Below the pieces are notes generated by a model. It was not told where the DNA came from. It ran no database searches and worked only from the letters and a program-made list of their open reading frames with translations. Position numbers and translations under genes: made by a program. Shown here one piece after another: positions 28,927-39,181 of a DNA stretch of 64,000 nucleotides; within the stretch, counting starts at the first letter, position 1; the number at the start of each line of letters is the position of its first letter. Source of the stretch: a virus (taxonomy: Duplodnaviria > Caudoviricetes); the IMG/VR virus record IMGVR_UViG_3300006115_000008, positions 1 to 64,000 of that record; one strand, 5' to 3'.

Positions 28927-31900
28927 TAAAATGTTCCTACTAGTGTGTTGCCAAGATTCAATTGTGCAGCTGTTACAGCTGAAACTATTTGGATATTATT
29001 TACAGTGGCGCAACTTGTTATTATTTCCCAAGGCTCACTGTTTATTTGGAAATAATTTCCAAATACAAATTCTGTGCTTGTTGGTACAATCACGACACTG
29101 GCAATATTAGGCGCCAGTGTCGAGTGCAGGTATGCTGCCAATTCACTGAAGTAAAAAGTATCTCCAAAGTCCCAATTGCTAATGCTAAAATAATTATTAA
29201 TGGCTGCAAGTACTTGTGTTTTTACTTCGTTTTCGGTTATAGCCACTGCTGGATTAATAACAACTTGAAAGTTTGCCTGAAGATTTGGATCTGCATTTGT
29301 CCCGAATAATGGTTTAAATTGTGCTGGGTTGTAAACAATACTATCGCTTATAGCTTTGTAATTATCTAATCCGCTATACTCAATTTCTAAACTACTTGAA
29401 GTTGGTAAAGCAGGTTTTGCCACCTTGCCAGTTGTATCTCTCACCCAATTGATATATGCAGTTGAATAAGATGAAGTCAAGATATACAAATCAATGATAT
29501 TAACTGGTGTGGGATCTATTCTACTTCTTGCAGGAGTATTGTGTTTGTATTGGAAATATAAACTATTTCTTGTTACAGAACTGCCGCTAGTTGGTACATT
29601 GCCAGTTATTGTATAAAATAAATCTGGGTTGTCAGGAATTCCTGCAACTTGTGTTGTTGGGAAAGTTACTAGTATTTGTGAATCATCTATATATCCATCA
29701 GTGGAGGTAACTGTATTATAAATTTTCCAAGTGACATCTTGTCCTAATGCTACGTTGGCATTGGGTTGCGGGTTTATGCTCAATATTTTTATTGAGTCTG
29801 TAACAGTATTGCCTGTGGTACTATTATATACTCGAACTGTTGGATCAAAGAAAAATACAGTTTCCCCGGCACTGCTAAAAGTATATTTTATTGTTTTATA
29901 AGATACAGTATATAAACCTTGATTGTATGTAAATTTTATCATCCAATTATTGCTACTGCCAATCATTGAAGGGGTTATATAGTTCCAAATTTGGTTAACT
30001 TGGTCGTAATATAATCCAAAATTAACATTAGTTTGGATGTAACCAATGATTTGTGTAATCACTGATGATGTTAATGTGGTTTTATATGGTGGTATGATAG
30101 ATTCTAATACTGCGCCACTAGGAACAACTGTGCCAAGTGTGACTAGGCTTGGGGTAGTAATACTGCTATTTAAAATTGTGCTGGCCACAGAAGCATAGCT
30201 ACTTACATTATTAGCAATAAATTGTAAACTGGCCCCGGGGGCTACATATTGTAAATTACCACTTATTCCAGCGCCAATTTGTTGTGTATTTCCAAGTAAC
30301 TGCAAGTATCCAGAACTGCTAGATGTTGTAACTGATGCTTGAGCAAACTGTATATTTGCTGTTGGTGTTGCAAGTCTAGGAAATGTAGCGTAATAATAAT
30401 TCTGCATTTCTGTAGAATCAATTATTGGAATTATTTGATTGTATATTGCATTGTAAATATCGTTAGTGGTTAAAAACGTAAACGAAGTTGATGCTACATT
30501 ATTATTTGCAGTTATAGCACCATCGTCACAAAAGATATTGGTACTGCTAAAACTGCCAGTTGGATCTAGAGCATCCAAATACATACTTACACCACTGCTA
30601 GTACGATTTACCGCTTTAATTTTTTGTATTCCAGGAAAAGTTGTTTGTGGGAAGATGTTATAGTCTTCGCCATTGATCATGCGATTTTGTGTGTAGTATT
30701 GTTGCGGTGCACTAGTTTTTATACTTGACGAACTAGGTGCTGCATTGGCGTTAGTCACTGTGTACTTTAAGCTGGCAACAATAGTTAAAGTTTCTAAAGT
30801 ATTGTTTGCACTTACATAAACCAAAGGAATTGCAACTGATGCCAAATCGCTTGGGGAAATTGTATAAGTTAACCCATTGGCAGTTCTGTAATAAAATACA
30901 AATGATCCTTGAGGAATGTTGGCAAAACTTCCGTCACCAAATACTAAATTAACTTGATCATTGCTTAATGTATTAACTTGGTAAAGATTTTTTTCTGTTA
31001 GATTATTAAAAATAACATTAATGCCAGGTAAGGCTGGCACTTGCGTCCATTTAGTAGTTGGGGCTCCGGTAACATTTGTTGCATACAACCACTGATCTCC
31101 GTTAACAATATTGTTGGTCCCTACTGTTACATAATTATTTGGTACGGAGTTTTGAACTGTAAATGTTGTGGCATTTAACGCACCCTGTTTAAAGTATACA
31201 AAAAATCCAGTATTGTTACTACCATTACCATTATTATCGTTTTGATATAGAATATTGAACTCGCCAACTTTTGTTGGATCATCTTCATAGATATAACTTT
31301 GTCCAACTGTAGTTGCGCTTACTGCTTCGAATGGCATTGATACACCATTTATGGTACTAGTAAATTTTGCAACTGGAATGATGGTATTGGTTAAATTTAT
31401 AGTGTATTCGTCGGTTTGTATTCCGTTGATTTCTTGACTGTTTCCTGGCTTACCAATACTCTCACCAACAACCAATGCTGCATTAAGAATTGTTGTAAAT
31501 TGCTCTAGCCAATTATCATTGGTAAGATCGTTCCAGTTTATAGTGGCATTGGCTAGATTGATGCCGTTACTGTCAGTGATAGATTGTGTGGTTCTGATAC
31601 TGTCAATTTTTAAAACCCCGCTGGCTGCAACGTTTCTTTGAGGATTATAGCTCAACATACGTGCAAGTTTTAGAATACTGTCACGACGTTGTGCAGTATC
31701 AATAAAGTTTTCACGTGCGTTTAAATCTGTGCGGAAACTAAGACTTTGGCCCAAAAAACTAATCATGTCAATGATTGCAATAAATTCACTGCTTTCAATG
31801 AAGTCATTGAAAGTTTCAGGATAGTAAGTCCGAATATAATTTATCATTGTGTTACGAATTGTTTCAAAATCGTAACTGGTGAAGTCAGCGTTAGTGAATG

Positions 31901-31964
31901 TTTGATAAATTTTGGTCCAGTCTTGTTGAACAAGAAGACCAGTTTGACGTGTTGTTTGAGCCAT
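28926..31964 (-). CDS. gp6: Baseplate wedge subunit (T4 gp6-like)
   Basis: SYDFETIR...FNDFIESSE...DLNARENFIDTA.RRDS.L.LA..L.Y.P; FGDG.F..IP; AP..YYTQNRMI..EDY. Confidence 0.85.
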   Translation of the reverse strand: MAQTTRQTGLLVQQDWTKIYQTFTNADFTSYDFETIRNTMINYIRTYYPETFNDFIESSEFIAIIDMISFLGQSLSFRTDLNARENFIDTAQRRDSILKLARMLSYNPQRNVAASGVLKIDSIRTTQSITDSNGINLANATINWNDLTNDNWLEQFTTILNAALVVGESIGKPGNSQEINGIQTDEYTINLTNTIIPVAKFTSTINGVSMPFEAVSATTVGQSYIYEDDPTKVGEFNILYQNDNNGNGSNNTGFFVYFKQGALNATTFTVQNSVPNNYVTVGTNNIVNGDQWLYATNVTGAPTTKWTQVPALPGINVIFNNLTEKNLYQVNTLSNDQVNLVFGDGSFANIPQGSFVFYYRTANGLTYTISPSDLASVAIPLVYVSANNTLETLTIVASLKYTVTNANAAPSSSSIKTSAPQQYYTQNRMINGEDYNIFPQTTFPGIQKIKAVNRTSSGVSMYLDALDPTGSFSSTNIFCDDGAITANNNVASTSFTFLTTNDIYNAIYNQIIPIIDSTEMQNYYYATFPRLATPTANIQFAQASVTTSSSSGYLQLLGNTQQIGAGISGNLQYVAPGASLQFIANNVSSYASVASTILNSSITTPSLVTLGTVVPSGAVLESIIPPYKTTLTSSVITQIIGYIQTNVNFGLYYDQVNQIWNYITPSMIGSSNNWMIKFTYNQGLYTVSYKTIKYTFSSAGETVFFFDPTVRVYNSTTGNTVTDSIKILSINPQPNANVALGQDVTWKIYNTVTSTDGYIDDSQILVTFPTTQVAGIPDNPDLFYTITGNVPTSGSSVTRNSLYFQYKHNTPARSRIDPTPVNIIDLYILTSSYSTAYINWVRDTTGKVAKPALPTSSSLEIEYSGLDNYKAISDSIVYNPAQFKPLFGTNADPNLQANFQVVINPAVAITENEVKTQVLAAINNYFSISNWDFGDTFYFSELAAYLHSTLAPNIASVVIVPTSTEFVFGNYFQINSEPWEIITSCATVNNIQIVSAVTAAQLNLGNTLVGTF

Positions 31965-32010
31965 ATTTCTTACCTATATCTAGTATTTATTACAATAATA
32001 ATATGGGTAG

Positions 32011-32385
32011 TTAATTGGTAGACAACGATTTACTGTTTTGGTCAAAATTCAAATTGAGTGTATTTACTTGATTGGTATTTACATAGCTTAGGGTCAGCTG
32101 AATCAAAAATCCAGTGTCCTGTTGAGTAACTAAAACTTGTCCTACTTTAAGTCTAGGATCATACCCAACAATTCGTTGAATATCTTGTTGAATTATCTGT
32201 CTAGTGCTTTCATCCAATGGTTCAAATAGCATATCCCAAATAACTGTGCCAAAATTTGGTTGCATTAGTTTTTGGCCCTTACGGATATTAAAATAATTAA
32301 TCAAATCTTGTTGTGCCAATTGAAAATCAGTCAAAGTGAATTTCTTTGGGTCTACTAGTGTGCTAAAACCTTTATATATACTCAT
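32011..32385 (-). CDS. gp25: Baseplate wedge subunit (T4 gp25-like)
   Basis: DLINYFNIRKGQKLMQPNFGTVIWDMLFEP...YDPRL; gp25 signature, upstream of gp6. Confidence 0.9.
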   Translation of the reverse strand: MSIYKGFSTLVDPKKFTLTDFQLAQQDLINYFNIRKGQKLMQPNFGTVIWDMLFEPLDESTRQIIQQDIQRIVGYDPRLKVGQVLVTQQDTGFLIQLTLSYVNTNQVNTLNLNFDQNSKSLSTN

Positions 32386-32389
32386 GTTG

Positions 32390-32395
32390 TATTTA
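32390..32395 (-). promoter_or_regulatory. T4-like late promoter motif, 4 nt before the gp25 ATG (leaderless-type)
   Basis: TAAATA-CAAC-ATG, overlapping the upstream stop codon. Confidence 0.55.
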
Positions 32396-33061
32396 TTGGC
32401 TTAAAACTGTGATTGCGTATCGGCCAGAATTAAATGCATTTGCCCCAGTGCCAATATTGTAGTATCTCCAAGCATAAGCCCCGATCCCGGTAGCATTATT
32501 ATAACTAGGAGGGGCACCAACTCCCAAATTCCAAGCCACATAGATCATTCCTGCAATTATGTCCGGAGTATCGGCACTATCAATTGCCCCATTATTAAGC
32601 AATCCATTATAAAGATCAAAGATATATTGGTAGGCTAAATGGCCTTGAGCTAGGTTATTTGTCAAGAATCCATTGATATTTTGTATGTTGTAAAGATAAT
32701 TTGCATAAGAATTGGCGCTATTTCGTACTAGTACTTGGCGCCAACAATTGCGGTAATTTACGCAATTTGTCCCGTATTGTGCATTTGATCCTGTAGCCAA
32801 TAATCCATAATTTTCCAATAATTGCGTACTAATCTGGTATGCTCCAAGAGCATTATTGTTGCCGATCAACATGTAATTCCAAAGGCTTTGGTCATAGGCA
32901 ATTTCTGCTTGAAGATTGCGTATTTGTGTTGCAGTCAAAGTACTTATTGTAGCCCAAGTCGGGGGAGTGGCGGGCATCAATGCTTTGCCAAGCCAACTAA
33001 TTGGCAAGGGGTTGGTAATTGGTAATCCAGTAGCTGATAATATTCCAAGTGATGTTGTCAT
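32393..33061 (-). CDS. Lysozyme-like-fold baseplate-associated protein (possibly inactive)
   Basis: Directly after gp5. IAYDQS.WNY...LGAYQ resembles the ES...GxYQ motif of lysozyme/transglycosylase-like domains. Confidence 0.4.
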   Translation of the reverse strand: MTTSLGILSATGLPITNPLPISWLGKALMPATPPTWATISTLTATQIRNLQAEIAYDQSLWNYMLIGNNNALGAYQISTQLLENYGLLATGSNAQYGTNCVNYRNCWRQVLVRNSANSYANYLYNIQNINGFLTNNLAQGHLAYQYIFDLYNGLLNNGAIDSADTPDIIAGMIYVAWNLGVGAPPSYNNATGIGAYAWRYYNIGTGANAFNSGRYAITVLSQ

Positions 33062-33063
33062 AA

Positions 33064-34668
33064 TTAGCCGTCGTTAGTTGGTGGGGTAGTGTTTGCGTTG
33101 TTGTTGTTTGCGTTGTTGTTTGGCGCAACAGCATTACTAGCAGCGTTACCGGCAGCATTACCTGCTGATGAAGCAGCTGCATTGATTGCTGCAACTGCTG
33201 CCCCGGCGGCTTTAGACACTGGAGTTTCGCCAGGCGTTTGTCCTCTAATCCACGGTTCGTGTCCTGGTGTTACTGTACAAATTGTCAATAACGCTTTACT
33301 GTTTGCTACCCAATTGGTTCCGTTGAATGAGGGCACTAGTGTTGATTTTGTTTTTGCAGTTCCTGGGGCGCCGCCTATTAGGCTGGTAGCAGCACCTAGT
33401 GCCGCAGAGCCCAGGCCACCACTTATGTTAATTAATCCCCCGCTGATATTTGTTAAGCCTCCGCTTAGACTAGCAATTGCTGTGCCTTTAACTGATGCCG
33501 AAGTTCCGCTCATACTTGCTGATCCACCGGCTTTTATTGAAGCCGAGGAACTGGCGCTAACTGAAAAACTGCCTTGTGTAGTCATCATGATTGCGGTTGA
33601 TGCATTCATTACAATTTCAGGGCTATCCATTAATATTGCGCTATCACTACATAAATTCATTGGTCCTTCAGTGCGAACATTAAATCCAGCCAATCCATAT
33701 ATGTTAATAGCCCCGTCGGCGCTAAATTCTAACCATTGTCGTCCGCTATCACTAGCGATGTACAAAATATGCTCGGTGTCGTTCATGAGAATTTGATGCC
33801 CGCCACTGGTGCGTAATCGTATTAACTGATCTGTGCCTTCACTTACATTGTCTGCATTAGATGCTCCATCGTCCATGACAAAAGTATGTCCGCCTTTGCG
33901 ATAAAATACTGCTTGCGTATCTGCAGCCACTTGATCTGTCTTGGTTGCTTTTCTTCCGGGAGTGCTAATTCCATATACGTTACTTGGTACTTCTCTGCTA
34001 CTGCTGGAACTGATTGCACCACGTATGGGATCTTGATCTAGTCCCTGTGTGACTAACACCATGGTTTGATACTCGTGCGGATATCTGCCAGCATCAGTTA
34101 TACCAGTTGAAGTCCACAATGTGGGATCTGACGTATCTGCTTCAACTACTGGTAGTACACTAGCACTGTTGATATAAGTGTCAATTGCGTCAGATGGGTC
34201 AAGAGTACCATTGGCTCCGCCAATGTTTCTACCAATAGCTGGCACCATATGATGACTTGGGGTATTAACTACACATCCAAACCAATAGCCTCTGTTTTTC
34301 TGTCCGCCAACAAATGTACACATGACTTGAGTGCCGATGTCCGGAGGGACAAACCACATGCCATAACTTTGTCCAGCTGTTGCTGGTGTATTGGGCGCTA
34401 GTCCTGAGTCTGTGCCGAATGTTTGTCCAAAGAAGGGACTGCAATATGTTACCGTCGGCAAGTCATCAATTTGATATCCTTGATCGCTGGGGTTTATTTT
34501 TCCTTGCAGTTCAGGTATTTCAACTTTGAGTTGTCCCATTCTACTGCCTTCCACGTATCCGCGAACAATTCCTATATACGGACCTGGATCAATTAATTGG
34601 CCGCCATTTTTGCTAGTGGCCTGCAATGCGACATCAGCGCCGGATCTTTGTGAATCACTTGTTGCCAT
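33064..34668 (-). CDS. gp5: Baseplate hub/central spike protein (T4 gp5/VgrG-like OB-fold)
   Basis: GPYIGIV...MGQLKVEIPEL...SYGMWFVPPDIGTQV...GH.FVMDDG...IRLRTSGGHQILMND...beta-helix repeats...HEPW. Confidence 0.85.
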   Translation of the reverse strand: MATSDSQRSGADVALQATSKNGGQLIDPGPYIGIVRGYVEGSRMGQLKVEIPELQGKINPSDQGYQIDDLPTVTYCSPFFGQTFGTDSGLAPNTPATAGQSYGMWFVPPDIGTQVMCTFVGGQKNRGYWFGCVVNTPSHHMVPAIGRNIGGANGTLDPSDAIDTYINSASVLPVVEADTSDPTLWTSTGITDAGRYPHEYQTMVLVTQGLDQDPIRGAISSSSSREVPSNVYGISTPGRKATKTDQVAADTQAVFYRKGGHTFVMDDGASNADNVSEGTDQLIRLRTSGGHQILMNDTEHILYIASDSGRQWLEFSADGAINIYGLAGFNVRTEGPMNLCSDSAILMDSPEIVMNASTAIMMTTQGSFSVSASSSASIKAGGSASMSGTSASVKGTAIASLSGGLTNISGGLINISGGLGSAALGAATSLIGGAPGTAKTKSTLVPSFNGTNWVANSKALLTICTVTPGHEPWIRGQTPGETPVSKAAGAAVAAINAAASSAGNAAGNAASNAVAPNNNANNNNANTTPPTNDG

Positions 34669-34681
34669 TATTGATTATTCC

Positions 34682-36820
34682 TTAGGGTCGGGTTGTTGAG
34701 TTATTAACACTAGTCTGATTACTTTGAGATGTTGCTGCAGAATCTCCAGCAACCTTTGCTGCAGAGTTGTTTATATTTGTGGCTGGACTAACTTGTGTAG
34801 GCGAGCCCTCTCTTTGAGAAGTTTGGTACCTAGCAACAGCATCGTTTATATCTTGATTCATGTTTCTGTATAAATTTAAAACTTGTTCAAGTTTGCCGTT
34901 GCTAAATTCGTTTTTGATCGTAGCAATTTTATATAAGCCGCTAAACAGTGAAGCTTGTGCCAAACTAGGGTTGGGGAACATAAATCCTTGATTAGCGCCC
35001 GGTACATCTGCATCAATGTCGTATATTGTGTTTACGTTAACTTGCACATATACTTCCCCAGTATCTGTTCTATAGTGTCCGTATTTGTTTGCAAAGTCAC
35101 TTTGACTCATTGAGTTCCAACTGTTATAATCTCCCTTGGCTGTGGGATCTGGACCATAATACCAATCATCTTGTTTGATTAGTGTGGGGTCTCCGACTAT
35201 ACGCAGTTCCAAAGTTATCATGTCACCTTTGCTATCAGTGTAAGTTGAATTGATTACTTGGGCAGCTGTTATTGCTGCCGGACGTGTTTCTTTGTTATAT
35301 CCTGTTGACCAACTTGGAACGTTATTTAAAATTCGATATCTTAATGGCGTTAAGTTTGATGATTGTGCAGCAGCCACTGCTGGTATTAGTCCACCAATGG
35401 TGCCTATTCCCAGTAAAGGAATGTTTATATTTTGTTCTATAAAATCAGTTGATGTACTTTTTGTGGGAGTGACTGCGCTTATCAAAGTATTGTAAGCCAT
35501 TACTGCTGTATAAAATGTTGTATTGAAAGCAAGTTTAAAATCAATTACGTCAACATTATGTCCTGTATAAAGATAATCATATTGTTTGACCTTGAAATCT
35601 GTAGGATCCATAAACAATGGCATGTTGGGATCTTTTCCATCCCAAGTTGGGTACTGATGTATATAATAGGTAACCGCTTGGGGATAACAATTTCGATAGG
35701 TGTCAAATACTGCCGCGGAGCCTGACGCAGTGGTGCCACCCGATGCAGTAGTATATTGGGTTTTAACTTGAGTTTTAAAAATATTAAAAATGGTAGTTTG
35801 ATTGCTGGTAGAATTGGTTGTTGCCGAGCCTACACCTTGAAGGTTAATAAAATAATCACTATGTGCCATTATACCTTCAATAATATTAACAATCGGGGTG
35901 CCACGACTGATTTTAAATGTTTGCTTGGTAAAGTCCATGGTTATTCCAGTTAAGTCAGCATCTTGTAAACTTAACTGTGTTTGATCAACTATATTACCAG
36001 TACCTATTCCAGGATCTAGTACAAATTTATAACTATCAGGATATTGTAGAACAATTCCACCAGTGCTATTTCCATATGCCGATAGTTGGCTCCAATAGTA
36101 GTTTAATTTTTTTGCGAATTCTGTAAAGAACTCATTAACAGTGCCAGCAGTAACACTAATATCTACAGGGATTTTTCCAAGCTCATCAAAATGTGCAATA
36201 TGCCCAGCAGCACAATACTGCACTTTGTATTCGGTTCCTTTTGTGCCGGCGTCAATATCTATGCTTAATAACCTAATAGGAAAACGCTTTCTATAAATTG
36301 CAGTTTTTGAGCCGGGCACTGGATTATTGTTATCATCATATCCAACAAAATTACATTCTAACATATAAGGACGTTGTAGATAATTTTGTGGTTCTCCAGG
36401 ATTTAACACATATCCGGCTTTTACCAATACGTCGATTAGACTAATACCATATGGTTCTTGTATAACCATACTGCCTTCTATTAGATTTGAGCTTTTAGTA
36501 CGAGTATTGGGAGTTAGTAAAGTTTCAAATTCTACACTGTCAATGATATAATCATATGGAACTCCGGGTAAGCGTCGATCGGGATAGAGTCCGCTATCTT
36601 CGGCAACTACATAACTAAGCCCCACTGTAGGATTCCAATTGTTAGCTTCTTCTATAGATCCTATACTGGTTAATTCATTATAATCATTTATATCCAACCA
36701 CCATAAAGTCCAAGTATAAGTCCACGATGCAAAGGCATGCATGGGATTGGGTGCGACAGTACAGGTTGCTGGTATTTTAACCCCAGTGATAACCACGTCT
36801 GGTAATATTGTTGTATCCAT
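34682..36820 (-). CDS. Baseplate hub protein (gp27-like position)
   Basis: 712 aa. NP.H.FAS.TY, EPYG, YDY.YTG.N.DV, L.I.GDP, FSGLY.I..I.NEF..G...Q.L; lies between gp53 and gp5. Confidence 0.6.
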   Translation of the reverse strand: MDTTILPDVVITGVKIPATCTVAPNPMHAFASWTYTWTLWWLDINDYNELTSIGSIEEANNWNPTVGLSYVVAEDSGLYPDRRLPGVPYDYIIDSVEFETLLTPNTRTKSSNLIEGSMVIQEPYGISLIDVLVKAGYVLNPGEPQNYLQRPYMLECNFVGYDDNNNPVPGSKTAIYRKRFPIRLLSIDIDAGTKGTEYKVQYCAAGHIAHFDELGKIPVDISVTAGTVNEFFTEFAKKLNYYWSQLSAYGNSTGGIVLQYPDSYKFVLDPGIGTGNIVDQTQLSLQDADLTGITMDFTKQTFKISRGTPIVNIIEGIMAHSDYFINLQGVGSATTNSTSNQTTIFNIFKTQVKTQYTTASGGTTASGSAAVFDTYRNCYPQAVTYYIHQYPTWDGKDPNMPLFMDPTDFKVKQYDYLYTGHNVDVIDFKLAFNTTFYTAVMAYNTLISAVTPTKSTSTDFIEQNINIPLLGIGTIGGLIPAVAAAQSSNLTPLRYRILNNVPSWSTGYNKETRPAAITAAQVINSTYTDSKGDMITLELRIVGDPTLIKQDDWYYGPDPTAKGDYNSWNSMSQSDFANKYGHYRTDTGEVYVQVNVNTIYDIDADVPGANQGFMFPNPSLAQASLFSGLYKIATIKNEFSNGKLEQVLNLYRNMNQDINDAVARYQTSQREGSPTQVSPATNINNSAAKVAGDSAATSQSNQTSVNNSTTRP

Positions 36821-36824
36821 ATGC

Positions 36825-37133
36825 TTATAACTTCAATGCGGTTTTAACTGTTGCTAGTGCTGGTACAAATATAATTACACCAGTTTTAAAATCCATTAAT
36901 GGATCTATTAGAATGTCTGGATTACGCACAGCAAATACCCACCAAAGATTGCTGTCTTTATACATGTCATATGCTAATAGATCTGGGCGTTGATTATATG
37001 GTGCGTCAATTTGATATATCGCGTCTGTTACTGCCGAAGCAATAGTTTTTCCGGCCCATACGTCTAAGAATTGACCCCAAAATTGTGTACCATGATATGG
37101 GCTTGTGGTGCTATAAGTTGTTGTGGTAGCCAT
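36825..37133 (-). CDS. gp53: Baseplate wedge subunit (gp53-like, LysM-like)
   Basis: YNQRPDLLAYDMYKDSNLWWVFAVRNP motif. Confidence 0.8.
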   Translation of the reverse strand: MATTTTYSTTSPYHGTQFWGQFLDVWAGKTIASAVTDAIYQIDAPYNQRPDLLAYDMYKDSNLWWVFAVRNPDILIDPLMDFKTGVIIFVPALATVKTALKL

Positions 37134-38146
37134 TATAGGAATCCGCCTTGTTTAAAGTTGCTGGCCCAACGAGCAGATTGGCTTGCCCCCATTGCAGTTG
37201 CTGGCAGGCCAGAGCCCACAGGATTAATTAATGCTCCTGCTGCAAAGTCCTGTAAACTGAATCCTTGACTTTGGGCTAGTCTACTGTACACTGGTTGCAC
37301 CGTAACAGTTACTGTGCTTGACGTTGGCAGACGTGTGCTATTATTTCTATAAGCAGTAAATTGAGGATTATATGGTGCACCCTGTGTTGCTGCTGGTTCG
37401 GGAATATCCATATAGTCTACATCGGCTGGCATAGTATGACTAAAACTTGTTACTACACAAGGTACGTTAGGCAAATAATATTGTCCATAACCGTTTAGGT
37501 ATAGCAATGGTGGGGGATTTCCTGCTTCTGGATCGTTACCAAAAAACATTTTTGTACAAGCCCTAAAAAAGTAAATTGTAGCCAACAAATATTGTCCTTC
37601 ATTTACGTTTTGTACTGTAAACTCTCCCGAGATTGAAATTGGTTCAACGCTACTATTTTCATAATAATATTGCGTATAGTTATTGTGTGTTAATTTCTGC
37701 GGTTGGTACGTTGCAGTATGTTGAACTTGAATCTGTGGGGTATACGGGAAAACAACGCCAATTCTACTAGATCCATTTTGGCCGGCGCCGCCTAGTCCAG
37801 TTAAATTACCAATAGCATTGGCTATGCCACTTACTCCGCCATTGTCTTGTATCAGGGGAGATAGTAATGAATTATTGGGATCATTATAAAAATACGTACT
37901 GTTTGGAGCAAGACTTAATCTAACTCTCCAATCTGATGCTGCCGGAGGTCCAAATAAAATTGGTGCGGGACTGCCACTATTCATGTTAGTGCTGTAAGAA
38001 AACATACCTGCAATGTTTTGTCGTGAACTAGCAGAACTAAGTCCCACAGCGCCTAATAGGCTTGACTTTGTAGCTGAACCAATTTGACTTAATACTGATC
38101 CCGATCCTGTTGCTCCGGGTAATACTGAATTTGATAACACTGGCAT
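37133..38146 (-). CDS. Baseplate tail-tube initiator/cap-like protein (gp48/gp54-like)
   Basis: DWRVRLSL...FPYTP...Y....LTHNNY...GNPPPL..L.GYG.Y....VP.VV.SF; first gene of the baseplate operon. Confidence 0.55.
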   Translation of the reverse strand: MPVLSNSVLPGATGSGSVLSQIGSATKSSLLGAVGLSSASSRQNIAGMFSYSTNMNSGSPAPILFGPPAASDWRVRLSLAPNSTYFYNDPNNSLLSPLIQDNGGVSGIANAIGNLTGLGGAGQNGSSRIGVVFPYTPQIQVQHTATYQPQKLTHNNYTQYYYENSSVEPISISGEFTVQNVNEGQYLLATIYFFRACTKMFFGNDPEAGNPPPLLYLNGYGQYYLPNVPCVVTSFSHTMPADVDYMDIPEPAATQGAPYNPQFTAYRNNSTRLPTSSTVTVTVQPVYSRLAQSQGFSLQDFAAGALINPVGSGLPATAMGASQSARWASNFKQGGFL

Positions 38147-38167
38147 ATATATTCCACTTTTATATCT

Positions 38168-38173
38168 TATTTA
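38168..38173 (-). promoter_or_regulatory. T4-like late promoter motif for the baseplate operon
   Basis: GTAAATA about 20 nt upstream of the ATG at 38146. Confidence 0.55.
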
Positions 38174-38204
38174 CCAGAACCATTATGTGCTATGTTTTTA
38201 AAGG

Positions 38205-38234
38205 TTGACAGGGTCTTGATAAATATGTTAGTAT
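38205..38234 (+). promoter_or_regulatory. Sigma70-type promoter for gp55 (also contains TAAATA at 38220-38225)
   Basis: TTGACA-18 nt-TAGTAT with upstream TG; AAGGA/GAGG RBS before the GTG start. Confidence 0.55.
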
Positions 38235-38258
38235 ACGCTAACTTTAAAGGAATAGAGG

Positions 38259-39137
38259 GTGCGACACAATTATTTAAACAACAAAGATATTCTCAAAGAA
38301 ATTCATAAAAGCAAGACAACTTACTGTTATTATGACAATCCTGCAGATGCAGATTATGATATGATTTTGCCGGATGTGAGCAAAATTAACAAAAAGAACA
38401 TCAAAGAGGCAAGACAAAATCGTGCAGAGCGCCTGGCTAAACTAGCACACGAAGAAGCTACCAAAGACGGAGTCAAGCGTAAATTAGATGAATTTGAAAT
38501 AAAACTCAAGGACATTCCAGATACCGATGTGGTATTCAGAGTTATGACTTGGGATCATATTCCAGTCGACGATGCTAAAACCAAAAAAGCACGTATGGCA
38601 GCATTGGAGATTGACGATGACGAAGATCCGCTATTAGTTGATTATGATAAAGATGATTTAACACATACCAAATATGTCAAAGTCAATTTCCCGCCCTTTG
38701 TACACTACAAAGTAGATGCCGACGGTAATCTCGTATTGGTAGGTAAAAGTCATTGGAAGGGAGGATTGAATCCTGGAGAGTATAGCCCCACACATGGTAG
38801 AATGACTAATAAACTAGCTCATATGTTTATGAAATTATGTGAGCGTTATGCTACTCGCAGTAACTGGCGTGGCTATACTTACAATGACGAAATGCGTAGT
38901 CAAGCCTTACTACAGTTGAGTTATATTGGATTAAAATTTGACGAAAGCAAGAGTCAAAATCCATTTGCTTACTACACTGCTGCTGTAACCAATAGTTTTA
39001 CTCGAATTTTAAATATTGAAAAACGCAATCAAAATATACGAGATGACATTTTAGAAATGAACGGACTCAATCCTAGTTATACAAGACAGGGCATGAGTGG
39101 AGGGTATAGTGGCGGTGATGGCGGATACGATGAGTAA
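38259..39137 (+). CDS. gp55: Late-transcription sigma factor (T4 gp55-like)
   Basis: NYLNNKD.L.EI...NWRGYTYNDEM...FDESKSQNPFAYYT...SF.RIL..EK; upstream of gp47/gp46 as in T4. Confidence 0.85.
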   Translation: MRHNYLNNKDILKEIHKSKTTYCYYDNPADADYDMILPDVSKINKKNIKEARQNRAERLAKLAHEEATKDGVKRKLDEFEIKLKDIPDTDVVFRVMTWDHIPVDDAKTKKARMAALEIDDDEDPLLVDYDKDDLTHTKYVKVNFPPFVHYKVDADGNLVLVGKSHWKGGLNPGEYSPTHGRMTNKLAHMFMKLCERYATRSNWRGYTYNDEMRSQALLQLSYIGLKFDESKSQNPFAYYTAAVTNSFTRILNIEKRNQNIRDDILEMNGLNPSYTRQGMSGGYSGGDGGYDE

Positions 39138-39145
39138 ATTGACTA

Positions 39146-39175
39146 TTGATTTTGCCCAACTGTTTCTGTTATACT
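39146..39175 (+). promoter_or_regulatory. Sigma70-type promoter, probably leaderless gp47 transcript
   Basis: TTGATT-18 nt-TATACT with extended TG; ATG 6 nt downstream and no SD. Confidence 0.6.
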
Positions 39176-39181
39176 TACTAG

